Assembly (NCBI RefSeq): GCF_006345805.1 | Contig: NC_043003.1 | Coordinates: 105,834,001-105,898,000, forward strand | DNA: 64,000 bases | Direction: 5' to 3' | Source of the DNA: Octopus sinensis | Taxonomy: Eukaryota | Shown: positions 36,797 through 49,022 of the stretch, in pieces | How positions within the stretch are numbered: position 1 is the first letter of the stretch | Layout of the letters: each line of letters opens with the position of its first letter | Notes under the pieces: generated by a model | Seen by the model: only the letters and a program-made list of their open reading frames with translations | Told to the model about the DNA's origin: nothing | Database searches by the model: none | Program-made: the position numbers and the translations under genes

Positions 36797-37027
36797 GGCG
36801 GCAAGCTGGCAGAAATGTTAGCACGCCAGGCGAAATGCTTAGCGGTATTTCACCTGCCGTTACGTTCTGAGTTCATATACCGCTGAGGTCGACTTTGCCT
36901 TTCATCCTTTTGGGGTTGATAAATTAAGTACCAATTACACGCTGGGGTCGATGTGATCGACTTAATCCCTTTGTCTGTCCTTGCTTGTCTCCTCTATGTT
37001 TAGCCCCTTGTGGGTAGTAAAGAAATA
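36797..37027 (+). mobile_element. SINE family B nested in a family-A fragment
   Basis: AGAAACTGA occurs on both sides (~36778 and ~37028). Confidence 0.85.
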
Positions 37028-37044
37028 AGAAACTGAAAGAAGGT

Positions 37045-38280
37045 CACCATATATGGCACGTAAAAAGCACCATCCGTCGTGGCCGTTTGCCAGCTCTGTC
37101 TGGCACCTGTGCGGGTGGCATGCAAAAGGCACCCACTACACTCACAGAGTGGTTGGCGTTAGGAAGGGCATCCAGCCGTAGAAACACTGCCAGATCAGAC
37201 TGGGCCTGATGCAGCCTTCTGGCTTCACAGACCCCAGTTGAACCGTCCAACCCATGCTAGCATGGAAAGCAGACGCTAAATGATGATGATGATGATATAT
37301 ATATATATATAAATAATCGCCATCATCATTCAATGTCTGCTTTCCATGCTGGCATGGGTTAGATGGCTTGACTGGACCTGATAATCCAGAGAGCTGCATC
37401 AGGTTGCAGTCAGAATTTGGTTTGGTTTCTACGGCTGGATGCCCATCCAAACACCAATCACTCCGAGAGTGGAGTGGGTGCCATTTACGTGCAACTACCA
37501 CGGGTGCTTTTTACAAGTCCCCAGCACTGACCACAACTACAATTTCACTTGGCTTGACGAGTCTTCTCAATCACAGCATATCACCAAAGGTCATTACCAC
37601 TTGTCACTGCCCCCTCCGTAAGACCCGACATTTGAAGATCATGTCTCACCACCTCATCCCATGTCTTCCTGGGTCTACCACTTCCACAAGTTCCCTCCAC
37701 AGTTAGAGATTGCTACTTCTTTATGTAGATATCCTCATCCATGTGCATCACACGACCATACCAGCACAGAAGCCTCTCTTGCATACCACATCTGATGCCT
37801 TTTATGCTCAGGATGATCACACTCAGTTACACATGCAAACTGACATTGCACACCAAGCAGAGCACACTACATTCATTTCTTTTAAGCCTTTGCATGTCCT
37901 CTACAGTCTCAGCCCATGTTTCGCTGCCATGTAGCATGGCTGTTTGCACAAAGGCATCATACAATCTGTCTTTCACTCTGAGAGAGAAGCCCTTTGTTGC
38001 CAATAAAGGTAGAAGCTCTGAACTTTGTCCAGCCTGTTCTTTTCAAGAAGCTATGCTCTTGGAGCATAGCTGACTTGGTCACCTAGGTAACGAAAGCTAT
38101 CAATTACTTCTTGGCATCCCTGATGGTATTTGATGGAATCTATTTTCTGAATATTTCTAGTGTTTACTGTACCTGTGCATCTGTCACAGACAAAGACTAT
38201 TTTCCCTGTTAACCATCCTCTGATATTGCTGCATCTCTTATGTGTCCATCGCTTGCACTGGGTACACCTTATGGAGTTTA
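37045..38280. mobile_element. Two RTE LINE 3' fragments tail-to-tail (+ 37045-37295; - 37320-38280)
   Basis: (GAT)n and (CAT)n tails face each other. The minus copy has decayed HGSETWA, WYGRVM and NSIRCTQCKRWTHKRC remnants. Confidence 0.85.
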
Positions 38281-39549
38281 TATATGTGAGTGTGTGTGTG
38301 TGTTACCTTGTCTTGGCATTGTTTGATTGTTGTAAATGAATGTCATTAATTTTAAATATTCTGTGAAAAAATAGATTGTCACGGAGAAATATTATCTTAT
38401 TTGGAAACAGATGACAGTTAGTAGCAGGAAGGGTATCTGGTAATAGAGAACCTGCACCAGTAAACTCCGTCTGACTCATCAAGCATAGAAAAGAAGATAT
38501 TGAAATGGTGACAATACACGCACATGCATTCAATCATTTATTTTAGAACTTTTTTTCTCTTGGACAGAGAGACACACACCAAGGTACTGTGCAGTGGGAC
38601 TGAACCCAGAATTATGTAGTTGTGAAATTAACCACTCAACTATACCTGTATCTATTATAGGTAACTCTATACTGCAGCTGGTGCCCCCTCCCAAAAAAAA
38701 ACAAACAAAAATTCACCCAATATATTCTGTAAAGTGTTTGATGTTAGGAAGAGCACCCTACAGCAAGGAGCAAGCCCAAACTGATCTGTGTTGGTTTGTT
38801 TATATCCCTGTAACTTAATGGTTCAACTAAACAAGGCTGATAGAATAAATACCAGACTTTAAATCAAACAAATACTGAAATTGATATGATTGCTGAAACT
38901 CGATGCTCCAGTATGGCTGCAGTCCAATGACTGAAACAAGTAAATGAATATACACGTGGGGAACCCAACAGGGGCCAACTCTGATCTGTTGGAACAAAAC
39001 ATGGTTCTCAGGCCTGTCAGATCTTGTCCAACTCTCCAAACTCATGCCATCAAGGAAAGCAGACATAAAATGATGATGATGATACATAGGTGATACACTT
39101 AGACACACACTGCACTGTAGGCTCGTCCACTTTATACCAGCTGATGCCAATAATAGGATCTTCTCAAGAGAATGTTGAAATAAGCTGCATTGAAATTACT
39201 CCAGAAGGGGATAATGGCAAATATGTTGATAAGCACTTAATCTACTTTTGCCAACAGTGAAAACTGAAGATTAAGCTGGTTGTGGTAGTCTTTCTTTCTG
39301 ACTGCAATGCATCTGATTTGAATTGTAGGTTATTTCACGTGAAATACATAAAATGAATATACAAACTAGAATTATTTATACATATATAGCTGCAGTCATG
39401 GCTGTGTGGTAAGTAGCTTGCTTACCAACCACATGGTTCCGGGTTCAGTCCCACTGCGTGGCACCTTGGGCAAGTGTCTTCTACAATAGCCTCGGGCCAA
39501 TTAAAGCCTTGTGAGTGGATTTGGTAGACGGAAACTGGAAGAAGCCCGT

Positions 39550-39595
<46 letters not shown>

Positions 39596-39600
<5 letters not shown>

Positions 39601-40299
39601 TGAGGGAGATAAATTAATATTAATTTTAATATCAATTTAAAACCAGTAGTCCAGCATACAAAAATCTGAGGAGTCAGAGAAAATTCTAATATATGTGTAT
39701 ATTGGCAGGGCTTACTGCTAGGGAGTCGGCCGTATGCTAGAAATAGACCATCAACGGTCAAACTACAAGGAAATTCTCTAGAGGGAAAAATACAGCGAAC
39801 ACCAGAACCAACTTTGGCGGGCATGACAGATGAAAATTTATATAAAAAACAGAATTAAATGCATACCTCGGTTTCAGCCTTAACAAGAGAATTACTAATG
39901 CAATCCAAATGTCCGTGCTTCTTCAGTGCATCCGTTCATAGTAATGTAAGCGGAAAAGCTAACCCCAGCTTTCGTGCCAGTACAGACACGTGTGTAGCTT
40001 TACCGATTACACTAGTGATAAAACTTCAAAGACATTTGAAGTTTAGCTTTTCCGCTTACATTACTATGAACGGATGCACTGAAGAAGCACGGACATTTGG
40101 ATTGCATTAGTAATTCTCTTGTTAAGGCTGAAACCGAGGTATGCATTTAATTTTGTTTTTTATATAAATTTTCATCTGTCATGCCCACCAAAGTTGGTTC
40201 TGGTGTTCGCTGTATTTTTCCCTCTAGAGAATTTCCTTGTAGTTTGACCGTTGATGATCTATTTCTAGCATACGGCCGACACCCTAGCAGTAAGCCCTG

Positions 40300-40307
<8 letters not shown>
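39596..40307. mobile_element. Penelope-like fold-back insertion: 265-bp inverted arms with an 80-bp spacer
   Basis: Arms 39698-39962 and 40043-40307 differ at only a few positions; each holds a hammerhead motif; an extra ~100-bp extension lies on the left only. Confidence 0.85.
40074..40146 (+). ncRNA. Type I hammerhead ribozyme motif (mirror copy on - strand at 39859-39931)
   Basis: Stem I ATGCA/TGCAT; core CTGAAGA (40079-40085); stem II AGC/GCT with a long insert; GAAA (40130-40133); stem III AC-CGAG-GT; cleavage triplet GUA. Confidence 0.75.
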
Positions 40308-40347
<40 letters not shown>

Positions 40348-40569
40348 CATGTATGTTTGTGTGTCTGTGTTTGTCCCCCTAGCATTGCTTGACAACCGAT
40401 GCTGGTGTGTTTATGTCCCTGTCACTTAGCGGTTCGGCAAAAGGGACTGATAGAATAAGTACTGGGCTTACAAAGAATAAGTCCCGGGGTCGAGTTGCTC
40501 GACTAAAGGCGGTGCTCCAGTATGGCCGCAGTCAAATGACTGAAACGAGTAAAAGAATAAAGAGTATAG

Positions 40570-40612
<43 letters not shown>

Positions 40613-40926
40613 CTGCAGTCATGGCTGTGTGCTTAAGAAATCTGTTTTGGAACCATGTGGTCAGTGGTTTGGTTCCACAGCATGAACATTGTTGGCTCCA
40701 ACAGTCATGAGAAACATAAAGTTAGAGATGGTGCTGCTAGACAAACTGTTGTTATGATAGAGGGGAAAGCAAGAGAGTGCTTGTCCCATTCTACTTTTTT
40801 CTCTAATTAAAAATTCTTTTCTACCTTTCAAGCTGAAATTATCCTTTTACAGAGACTTATTTCAAAATTTCAATTTCGTTTTCCACAAACCCACTTGGTT
40901 AAGTCTTTGATATTTTAGTGGCTTCA

Positions 40927-41075
40927 GCACATTCTGAGACACTCTTAATTCACATTTCAAAACAATTTTCAGAAATCCAGTTTTTCTAACCACCCCTTCC
41001 TTGTACAACACAAAAATTTAAATGAATTTTATTAATAAGTTTTGAAATGTGAATTACGAGTGTCTCAGAATGTGC
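40927..41075. repeat. Small inverted-repeat (MITE-like) element with 37-bp arms
   Basis: GCACATTCTGAGACACTCTTAATTCACATTTCAAAAC ... GTTTTGAAATGTGAATTACGAGTGTCTCAGAATGTGC. Confidence 0.7.
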
Positions 41076-41745
41076 AAATTTGTAAACTGATGGGAAATAT
41101 TTTAAAAAAGATTAATTTTAATCGTGACATCTATTCCGAAAGGATGATGAAAGAGGAGGGGTGGGGCAAGAAGTTTGAAAAAGAAAAAGAATGTGAAGTA
41201 CATGAATTATAAAATGACATACAACGGTGTTGGGGTGTGAAAATAAAAGAAAAACTCCAAGAAATTCCATTTTATTCGCGACAGCTCTTCCGAAAGTCAA
41301 CCCTTTCATTTTAAGGAGAGTAGGATGAGATTTGAAGAAGATTAAGCTGTTATTTCTAACACACAGAACGGCCAATACCGGCTTCCTTGTTAGACTTTAT
41401 ATTCTAGTATCACTGAAGGGTTTAATTTAGTGAATATTTGAACTTTCTTCCTTTAAGTCTTACCAACTAGAATAATCTAGATTGTGTGTTGAAGCCTTGT
41501 GCTAATTGTAAACCAAATTTAGCAACACCAATTCATCATTCAAATATTGAATTGTTTTCACCTTAATATATATTTTATATAAATATGCCTTTTATCATAA
41601 GAGATAATTCAAATATATTTAAGACGACAGCACTTATTCAAAAGGAAGTTAATAAATCACCTTCTTTCTAAATTAAACATTAAATTTCACTGCATCATTT
41701 GTAGGAGTGATATTATTTGGTAATTTTAATTATGTATTATTTACA

Positions 41746-42152
41746 GGCGCAGGAGTGGCTGTGCGATAAGTAGCTTGCTAACCAACCACATGGTTCAGTC
41801 CCACTGCGTGGCATCTTGGGCAAGTGTCTTCTGCTATAGCCCCGGGCCGACCAAGGCCTTGTGAGTGGATTTGGTAGACGGAAACTGAAAGAAGCCTGTC
41901 GTATATATGTATATAAATATAAAAGTGTGTATATGTTTGTGTGTCTGTGTTTGTCCCCCTAGCATTGCTTGACAACCAATGCTGGTGTGTTTACGTCCCC
42001 GTCACTAGCGGTTCGGCAAAAGAGACTGATATAATAAGTACTGGGCTTACAAAAGAATAAGTCCTGGGGTCGATTTACTCGACTAAAGGCGGTGCTCCAG
42101 CATGGCCGCAGTCAAATGACTGAAACAAGTAAAAGAATAAAAGAGTAAAGAG
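41746..42152 (+). mobile_element. SINE family A, full length
   Basis: Family A sequence, + orientation. Confidence 0.92.
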
Positions 42153-42754
42153 TGTTAATAAAATAACTATACATATTATCACTGTTATTATTGGTTTTAG
42201 CCATAGGGCCTGTTTGGTGATCAACAGCTGATTTATAGGTTGTTTTATATAAATGAAATTTTGGTCATCTCAGAATGTTCAGAGATTTATAAATGGTATA
42301 ATTATGAAAAACGGTCAGTTTATTTTAATGATAAGTTTCAATGTATGAAGAATAGGACAGCAAAAAAGCCGGTTTGAACCCTTTTTTGGGGGACGAACAA
42401 TCAGAAAGGATCTTTTCAGAAATATGAATAAATGATGGAATAAGGTTAAAAAAAAAAAAAAAATTGGCGGAATTTTGGAATATCTATTCTTTGAAGTCCC
42501 ATATATTATGGGAGAAGGAAAAATTACAAAAGTTGGGGGCTAAAAAATTGTAAAAACACTGAAAATTTTAAAATAAAAATGATTTTTCCGAATTTCAATT
42601 TCCGTCACTTTTAGCAGAAAACTAAAAGACAGGAAATATTAGGAAATGAAGGGGAAAAACTAGCGTTATTCTTTGCCACGACGTATGGGAATTGAGGGGA
42701 GAGCTTCTCGAAAACTCTGCCAAAAATCAAAGATGAAGTTTAAGATTTACTTAC

Positions 42755-42829
42755 AAAAGATGAGACAAAATTTAGAGAAAATATTAAGAGAAGAAGACAC
42801 AACATGTTTACATCGAAGTAAGCTGCCAT
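42755..42829 (-). CDS. EMC10: EMC10 coding exon 1, signal peptide (MAAYFDVNMLCLLLLIFSLNFVSSF)
   Basis: Kozak-like AAGATGG start, hydrophobic signal-like peptide, gtaagt donor at phase 0. The seven exons sum to 720 nt = 239 aa plus stop. Confidence 0.88.
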
Positions 42830-43139
42830 CTTGATTAGCGCAGCCTACTTTTCTGAACCAATCAAATAACGCGTAACATATGAATTCTTAAACCTCGTCC
42901 AATCAACGTTGACGTTACAAAAGCTAAATGTTCATCTGAGAAGGATGGCTGAGAAGGTTCCATAAGTATTTCTAGCAAGGTGCTCGATTTGTATCGCTGA
43001 AGTTTTTCCCTCGAAGATGTTGGCGATGATGCTTACAAAGCTCACAATAAACCTGAATTAATTCATTTACTTTCTTTGGTTCACAACTATAAGATCAGAC
43101 CAGCGGAACAAGTTATTATTTCATTCAATTTAATCCAGA
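42830..43139. promoter_or_regulatory. Probable bidirectional promoter shared by EMC10 and the SDR gene
   Basis: 310 bp between divergent ATGs; CCAAT at 42858-42862 and 42899-42903; CRE-like TGACGTTA at 42910-42917; YY1-like GCCATCTT over the EMC10 ATG; no repeats. Confidence 0.75.
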
Positions 43140-43434
43140 ATGGATTTCGATCTTACAGGCGAAAACAGCGACTACATGTTCTACTCGTTGCTCTACTGCA
43201 GTGTTACCATCGTATTTGCGACGGCAGTGCTAACTAAATTCCTCACCAATGAGATCCGTTTCGGTTTCCGCTCTTTTTTAAGTTTGGTTACCTTGTTTCT
43301 CGGCGAACCATTGTGCCAGTTCCTTGTCAAAGGTCCCCACGGAGTCGGAACCTTCGCCCTCGCTTGTATGCTGGTCTACTGGATTCTACCAGCGAGCCGC
43401 CTCCCCGCTAAAGACAAAGTTGTCCTCATCACTG
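43140..43434 (+). CDS. Short-chain dehydrogenase/reductase, SDR9C-like (BDH1/HSD17B2/RDH group), coding exon 1
   Basis: 98 codons with hydrophobic segments, ending KDKVVLIT-G at a gtacgt donor (phase 1); splices in frame to 61803. Confidence 0.92.
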
Positions 43435-44814
43435 GTACGTATATCTAAACCCATTTCCACCGATTTTCTTAAGACAGGCACTTACCTATTTCTTTATTAC
43501 CCACAAGGGGCTAAACATAGAGGGGACAAACAAGGACAGACATAGGTATTAAGTCAATTACATCGACCCCAGTGCGTAACTGGTACTTAATTTATCGACC
43601 CCGAAAGGATGAAAGGCAAAGTCGACCTCAGCGGAATTCGAACTCACAACGTTCTATTGAACTTACCGACGTTCTATCAGTGCAGTGCCATGTTTTTAAT
43701 TCGTTTCCTTTTTATTAAAGCAACTCCTCAAGGAATTAACATTGACCAATTCTGTGGCCACTGGCATGTATTTGAATAACAGACGAGTACAGGTATTTGC
43801 CATATATAGTCTGAAGATTCCCAGTCCGGGATGAAACAGCGGGTCTCTGTGAGACATCGCCTCTTCAAATTCCCACAGTAAATGTTTACTCTCTGAAAGC
43901 ACCGAGTTCTCTCTGGGGTTGTGCAAGCCGTGGTGGCCCTTCTTTCTCCCTCTTTCCATGCACGGTTACGTTCATGTTTGGATATACAAACGGAGAACAA
44001 CTAAGGCTACATAGAACAGAGCTTATTTATTTGTTCCAAGTTGATAATTTACTCCATTGCTAGCCAGAGTTTGTTTCAATTTCTGTACACGTGAAGAGCA
44101 TCGGAATGGAGCACAAGTTTCAAACGTGTGTGTGTGTGCGTAATATATATATTTATATAGATAAATAAATAAAACATATGCATATATACATACATATATG
44201 TATGTACCTACTTCTACATGTATATATACATGCATATATGGGTACAGGACACCAAAAAAAACTCGAACACAATGAGAAACGAAAACATAAACACAAAACC
44301 GAGGAAATGGACATTTTTTTAAACGAAAAAATAGAGTACAGGACATACAAACAAGGAAAATTCCCCTTCTTCAGTCGCTTTATATATATATATATATACT
44401 TTATTTTAAAGCAACAGAAATAAAACAAAAGCTGTTACTCTGAGTAACAGTTTTTGTTATATTTCTTGCTTTTAAATAAAGCATATTACTCTGCCTCTGG
44501 TATTTGAGTACTCTTTTTTCCACCTTGTGCCTACTCCGGTATGTATGTTTCCCCCTTCATTTTACACTCTGTATTTTGTGCTCCATGTAAATATGTCTCA
44601 AGCCTGTATTTACGACGAGCTTCTTTCATTTTCTGTCTATTCACTTACAAGGCTTAGCGCGAGGCGATAATAGAAGTGGGATAGAACCCGGAACATTGTT
44701 GTTAGGAAGCAAACTTCTTACCACACAGCCATGCCTATAAAGGTTATGAAATGTTTTAACCTTTTATTTTTAAGCTCTAATTTTATATATATATATATGT
44801 GTGTGTGTGTGTAT

Positions 44815-44867
<53 letters not shown>

Positions 44868-46797
44868 ATATACAAATTGAGATAGGGGTTGTAAATGCAA
44901 CCCGCTATGGGATAACGTATATCCAATTTATCTTGTATATATATATATATATATATAAGAATGAATGTTTTTATATATAATGAACGTGAAATACAGGAAG
45001 GGACGAACACGGAACACAGACAAATCATTCGAAGCCTTCAATCTTCAGTCAGACACCGAATCATCATAGCAAATTTCGGCTGTTCAATTCTGATATTTGC
45101 TCCAACTCGGCCAGCCCCAAGAAAAAAAACTAAGCTGTAAGCATTAGATTTCTTGGTAGAAGACAGGAATGTGAACGCACAAGACGGATGTGAATACAAG
45201 AGACGAAAACGAAATTGAAAACAGTAATGAAAAAACAAAATGTATATAACGGTGGTTGTCATACGACTTTAGACCTAATTTTATATGGTTCCATTACACC
45301 TTTCCTACTGCGTGTTCCCTTGAGGTGTGTATATGGTGTTTGTAGTGCTTGTAGAAATCTCATGCCGCTTTAGTAATAGTTTCAGATCAGGGAGACACGA
45401 AGGAGATATTTCTAGTAATTAGTAGAAATAAGTATTTGTAATAAGACACGGTTAGGCGAGGGGATAAGCTTTGATATGGATGAGAAGTTTTGTTTAGAGA
45501 ATTCTCTTTCGGACGATAACTTTTGAGTTTAATTGTATTTACATATGGCATACGTGACAGTTCTTTCAGACTGGCCGTAGTAAATAAGTTGTATTCTAAA
45601 TTTGTCGACATCTGAGCAGTAGAACGAATATAAGACACAGAACTGAAAAATTCTCCGATCCGGAGATAGGTAGGGTAAGTTCCATTCTCCAGCGGACAAT
45701 TTTATATCATTTTAATTCTTTTTCCCAATTTTTTTTTCCTCAAACATAAATGTAATGGTTAGTTTATCTGTCACTAAGGAAAAAATGTTTTTTAACAGCC
45801 TCTCTGACTATAGAAGCTTCTTTTTCGGTATTGAGGCTAAAGTTTTATTTTCAGAATGATAAGTGCCAAGAAAATTACCACCAGTTTACTCACCAGAATG
45901 TTAATACTGTTTTCATTCTTTTTTTATTCTATTTTTAATGGTAAACAACAAAATCTTGTCGACTTTTGTGTTGTAGTACGCAAAGAACCTAAGCACCCAT
46001 TGTACGAAGGCATTCTGGATTGGAGCATAATTCTTTATCTAAAATTAGATCACCTAACAAATTAATAGATATTAGGCCTTTATTTACGTTTATTTCAGAT
46101 TATCACGTTCCACTGCTTTAAAGAAATTTGAAAGAGTCGTATCATGTTCTGATTTTGTTTCACAATAAACTTCGTAAGGTTATTTTTGTTGATAAATCCA
46201 TTGACGACTCCTTGAAGGACTGAGAACATGAGTCCTGTTACTTGAAAAGGCTTTGATCAAGTTTTTAAATAACACTTGTTAGTACAAACAACATTGCCTC
46301 TCAACCATCCAGTCAAACGGATTACCTCGAAGCTCTGTAAAACTGTCAATAATTTAAGAGAAATCTGCGGACCTTTTTTGTTAACGGAATTGACAATAAC
46401 AACCAAAAGCTGCGCCCACCAAAACTTTTTTTTTTTCATAGAATTTTGAAATTAAATTTCTGTAAGTTTTTTTTACTCTTTCAAACTGGACTGGCGAATT
46501 TTAGTTGCAACAGGTTTGCAGTTTAGAGAAATATTTTGATATGGTTTAGTAATTAGTTTTCCAACCACTTATATGTGAGTAAAATCACAAATTAAAAAAA
46601 AAAAATTCAGATTCTGTATAAATTAAATTTCCTGTGATTTCTTATCAGCTCAGAGTTATGAAAGAAGAGAAAGTGTTTTTTAAATCTATTTTTGTAGATA
46701 TTCTAGTTTATAACGACGCCGTGAAATTTGTGCTGTTACTTCAGAATTAGCCAAAGAAACAGCATTTATTTTGGGGATTATATTTCCAGGTTGACAA

Positions 46798-47203
46798 GGC
46801 GCAGGTGTGGCTGTGTGGTAAGTAGCTTGCTAAACAACCACATGGTTCCGGGTTCAGTCCCACTGCGTGGCATCTTGGGCAAGTGTCTTCTGCTATAGCC
46901 CCGATCCGACCAAAGCCTTGTGAGTGGATTTGGTAGACGGAAACTGAAAGAAGCCTGTCGTATATATATATATAATATATATATATATATATGTGTGTTT
47001 GTGTGTCTGTGTTTGTCCTCCTAGCATTGTTTGACAACCGATGCTGGTGTGTCTACGTCCCCGTCACTTAGCGGTTCGGCAAAAGTGACCGATAGAATAA
47101 GTACTGGGCTTACAAAGAATAAGTCCCGGGGTCGATTTGCTCGACCAAAGGCGGTGCTCCAGCATGGCCGCAGTCAAATGACTAAAACAAGTAAAAGAAT
47201 AAG
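46798..47203 (+). mobile_element. SINE family A, full length
   Basis: Family A sequence. Confidence 0.92.
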
Positions 47204-47490
47204 TGAACATTACGGAAGAACCTGCGTCTTTGAGAATTTTGATAAAAATAATTTTCTCAGTTATCCATGTAACCAGTACCAGAAAGCGCAGTTACCAAAG
47301 AAATAAATCCAGATTAAATAACCTTATAAGATACTTTTTTTTTGTGAGGCAGAAGACCGGCCAACCATGGCTCACTGTTCTACCCTTTTTTTTTTTTTTA
47401 CAGCTTTGACAAAACGTGGCACAGGAATGGATCTTGAATTTGCCACTGAAAAAGCGCTTTCTCCATGTTTAGTGTCTGCTGCGGTAGATT

Positions 47491-47872
47491 CTTTCAGTCA
47501 TTTGACTGCGGCCATGCTGGAGCACCGCCTTTAGTCGAGCAACTCGACCCCGGGACTTATTCTTTGTAAGCCCAGTACTTATTCTATCGGTCTCTTTTGC
47601 CGAACCGCTAAGTGACGGGGACACCATCATCGGTTGTCAAGCAATGCTAGGGGTACAAACACAGACACACAAACATACACACATACATATATATATATAT
47701 ACATATATACGACGGGCTTCTTTCAGTTTCCGTCTACCAAATTCACTCACATGGCTTTGGTCGGCCCGGGGCTATAGCAGAAGACACTTGCCCAAGGTGT
47801 CACGCAGTGGGACTGAACCCGGAACCATGTGGTTGGTAAGCCAGCTACTTACCACACAGCCACTCCTGCGCC
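47491..47872 (-). mobile_element. SINE family A, inverted relative to 46798-47203
   Basis: Family A sequence. Confidence 0.92.
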
Positions 47873-48732
47873 TATTGCTCAGATTACATTTATTATTATT
47901 TATAGGGCCTCGGAGGAACATCAAGCATTTGACACGATTGTGTATTAAGTTGATCTTGTTCTAAAACACCTTGCCTTTTGGATAGATGGCTCAAGCTTGA
48001 CGCTTATCCATTTAATTTAGTCAATAAAACTTATGTATCTCTTAATATATTGTTACAATTTCCGTGGAAAAGCTACAAATAACTTTTGAAGTCGCCAGGG
48101 GGTCCGCATCAATTTACGCAAGTACCTAATATTTCAGCGTGTCATCAATACCAAATCAATCAAAATACTGATTTGATACCTTTATGATGTAAGGGACATA
48201 ACTGCGGTTACACAGAAGCAGCTCTTGCAAAATTCCACTGACTTTTTCTATTATTGCAGCTCAGTGTATTTTTAGAACTTATATATATCTTTGGTTCTAG
48301 ATCAGCTTTGTTTGAATAGAATTATTGATTAAAACCATTTCATTCGCGGTCATCTTGTCTATTATATAAAATCCGTTCTGTCTGTCTGTCTGTGTGTGTC
48401 TTCTAGGATCTCGGGCATCCTCCATTCGATTGCGCTCAAATTTGATGTGTAGATACCAACGGTATCAGGGCGTGTATAAGTCTTGAAAAAATTACAAAAA
48501 TCGATTCCAGGTGAGAATGCGATCGATAAAGCCGTGGGAACGGGCATTTGTAAATTTGTTTTTCTTGGAATAGAAAAAGTCTATCTTTATTTCTTCTTTT
48601 GCTGGTGTCTCAAATTTAGATTAAATCAGTGTTTCTCAAAGGGGAGGCCTATGGGACGGTTGGACAAGTTGTTTTGAGAAAATTTGGTTTAAATGTTTGA
48701 CAACTCAGCACCGTCCATTGGATGTTTTGCTC

Positions 48733-48778
<46 letters not shown>

Positions 48779-48970
48779 CTTTGTTAAATCTTCGTTCAGC
48801 TCCATTTCTTCCTACACTAAATATATAAAACTTCAAATTTCCGCACTAAGGCACGGATTTTAGGCCCCATGGTCGTAACCTCAACCGTGCTTTTTCTGTT
48901 GTGATTTTTGCTACCCAGGTGTCAGTTATCATTTGAATAATCCGTAATAAGATAATTCATTTATCTACTT

Positions 48971-49018
<48 letters not shown>

Positions 49019-49022
<4 letters not shown>

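Larger units (their letters stand above)
39390..40565 (+). mobile_element. SINE family A interrupted in its (TA)n tract by a fold-back element
   Basis: Head/core at 39390-39551, tail at 40330-40565. Confidence 0.88.

Noticed and set aside
39137-39275. Candidate EMC10 exon 2 (QHSLEK-like peptide on the minus strand)
   Set aside because: In-frame stops, weak donor and wrong phase; 30240-30294 fits the motif and both phases.
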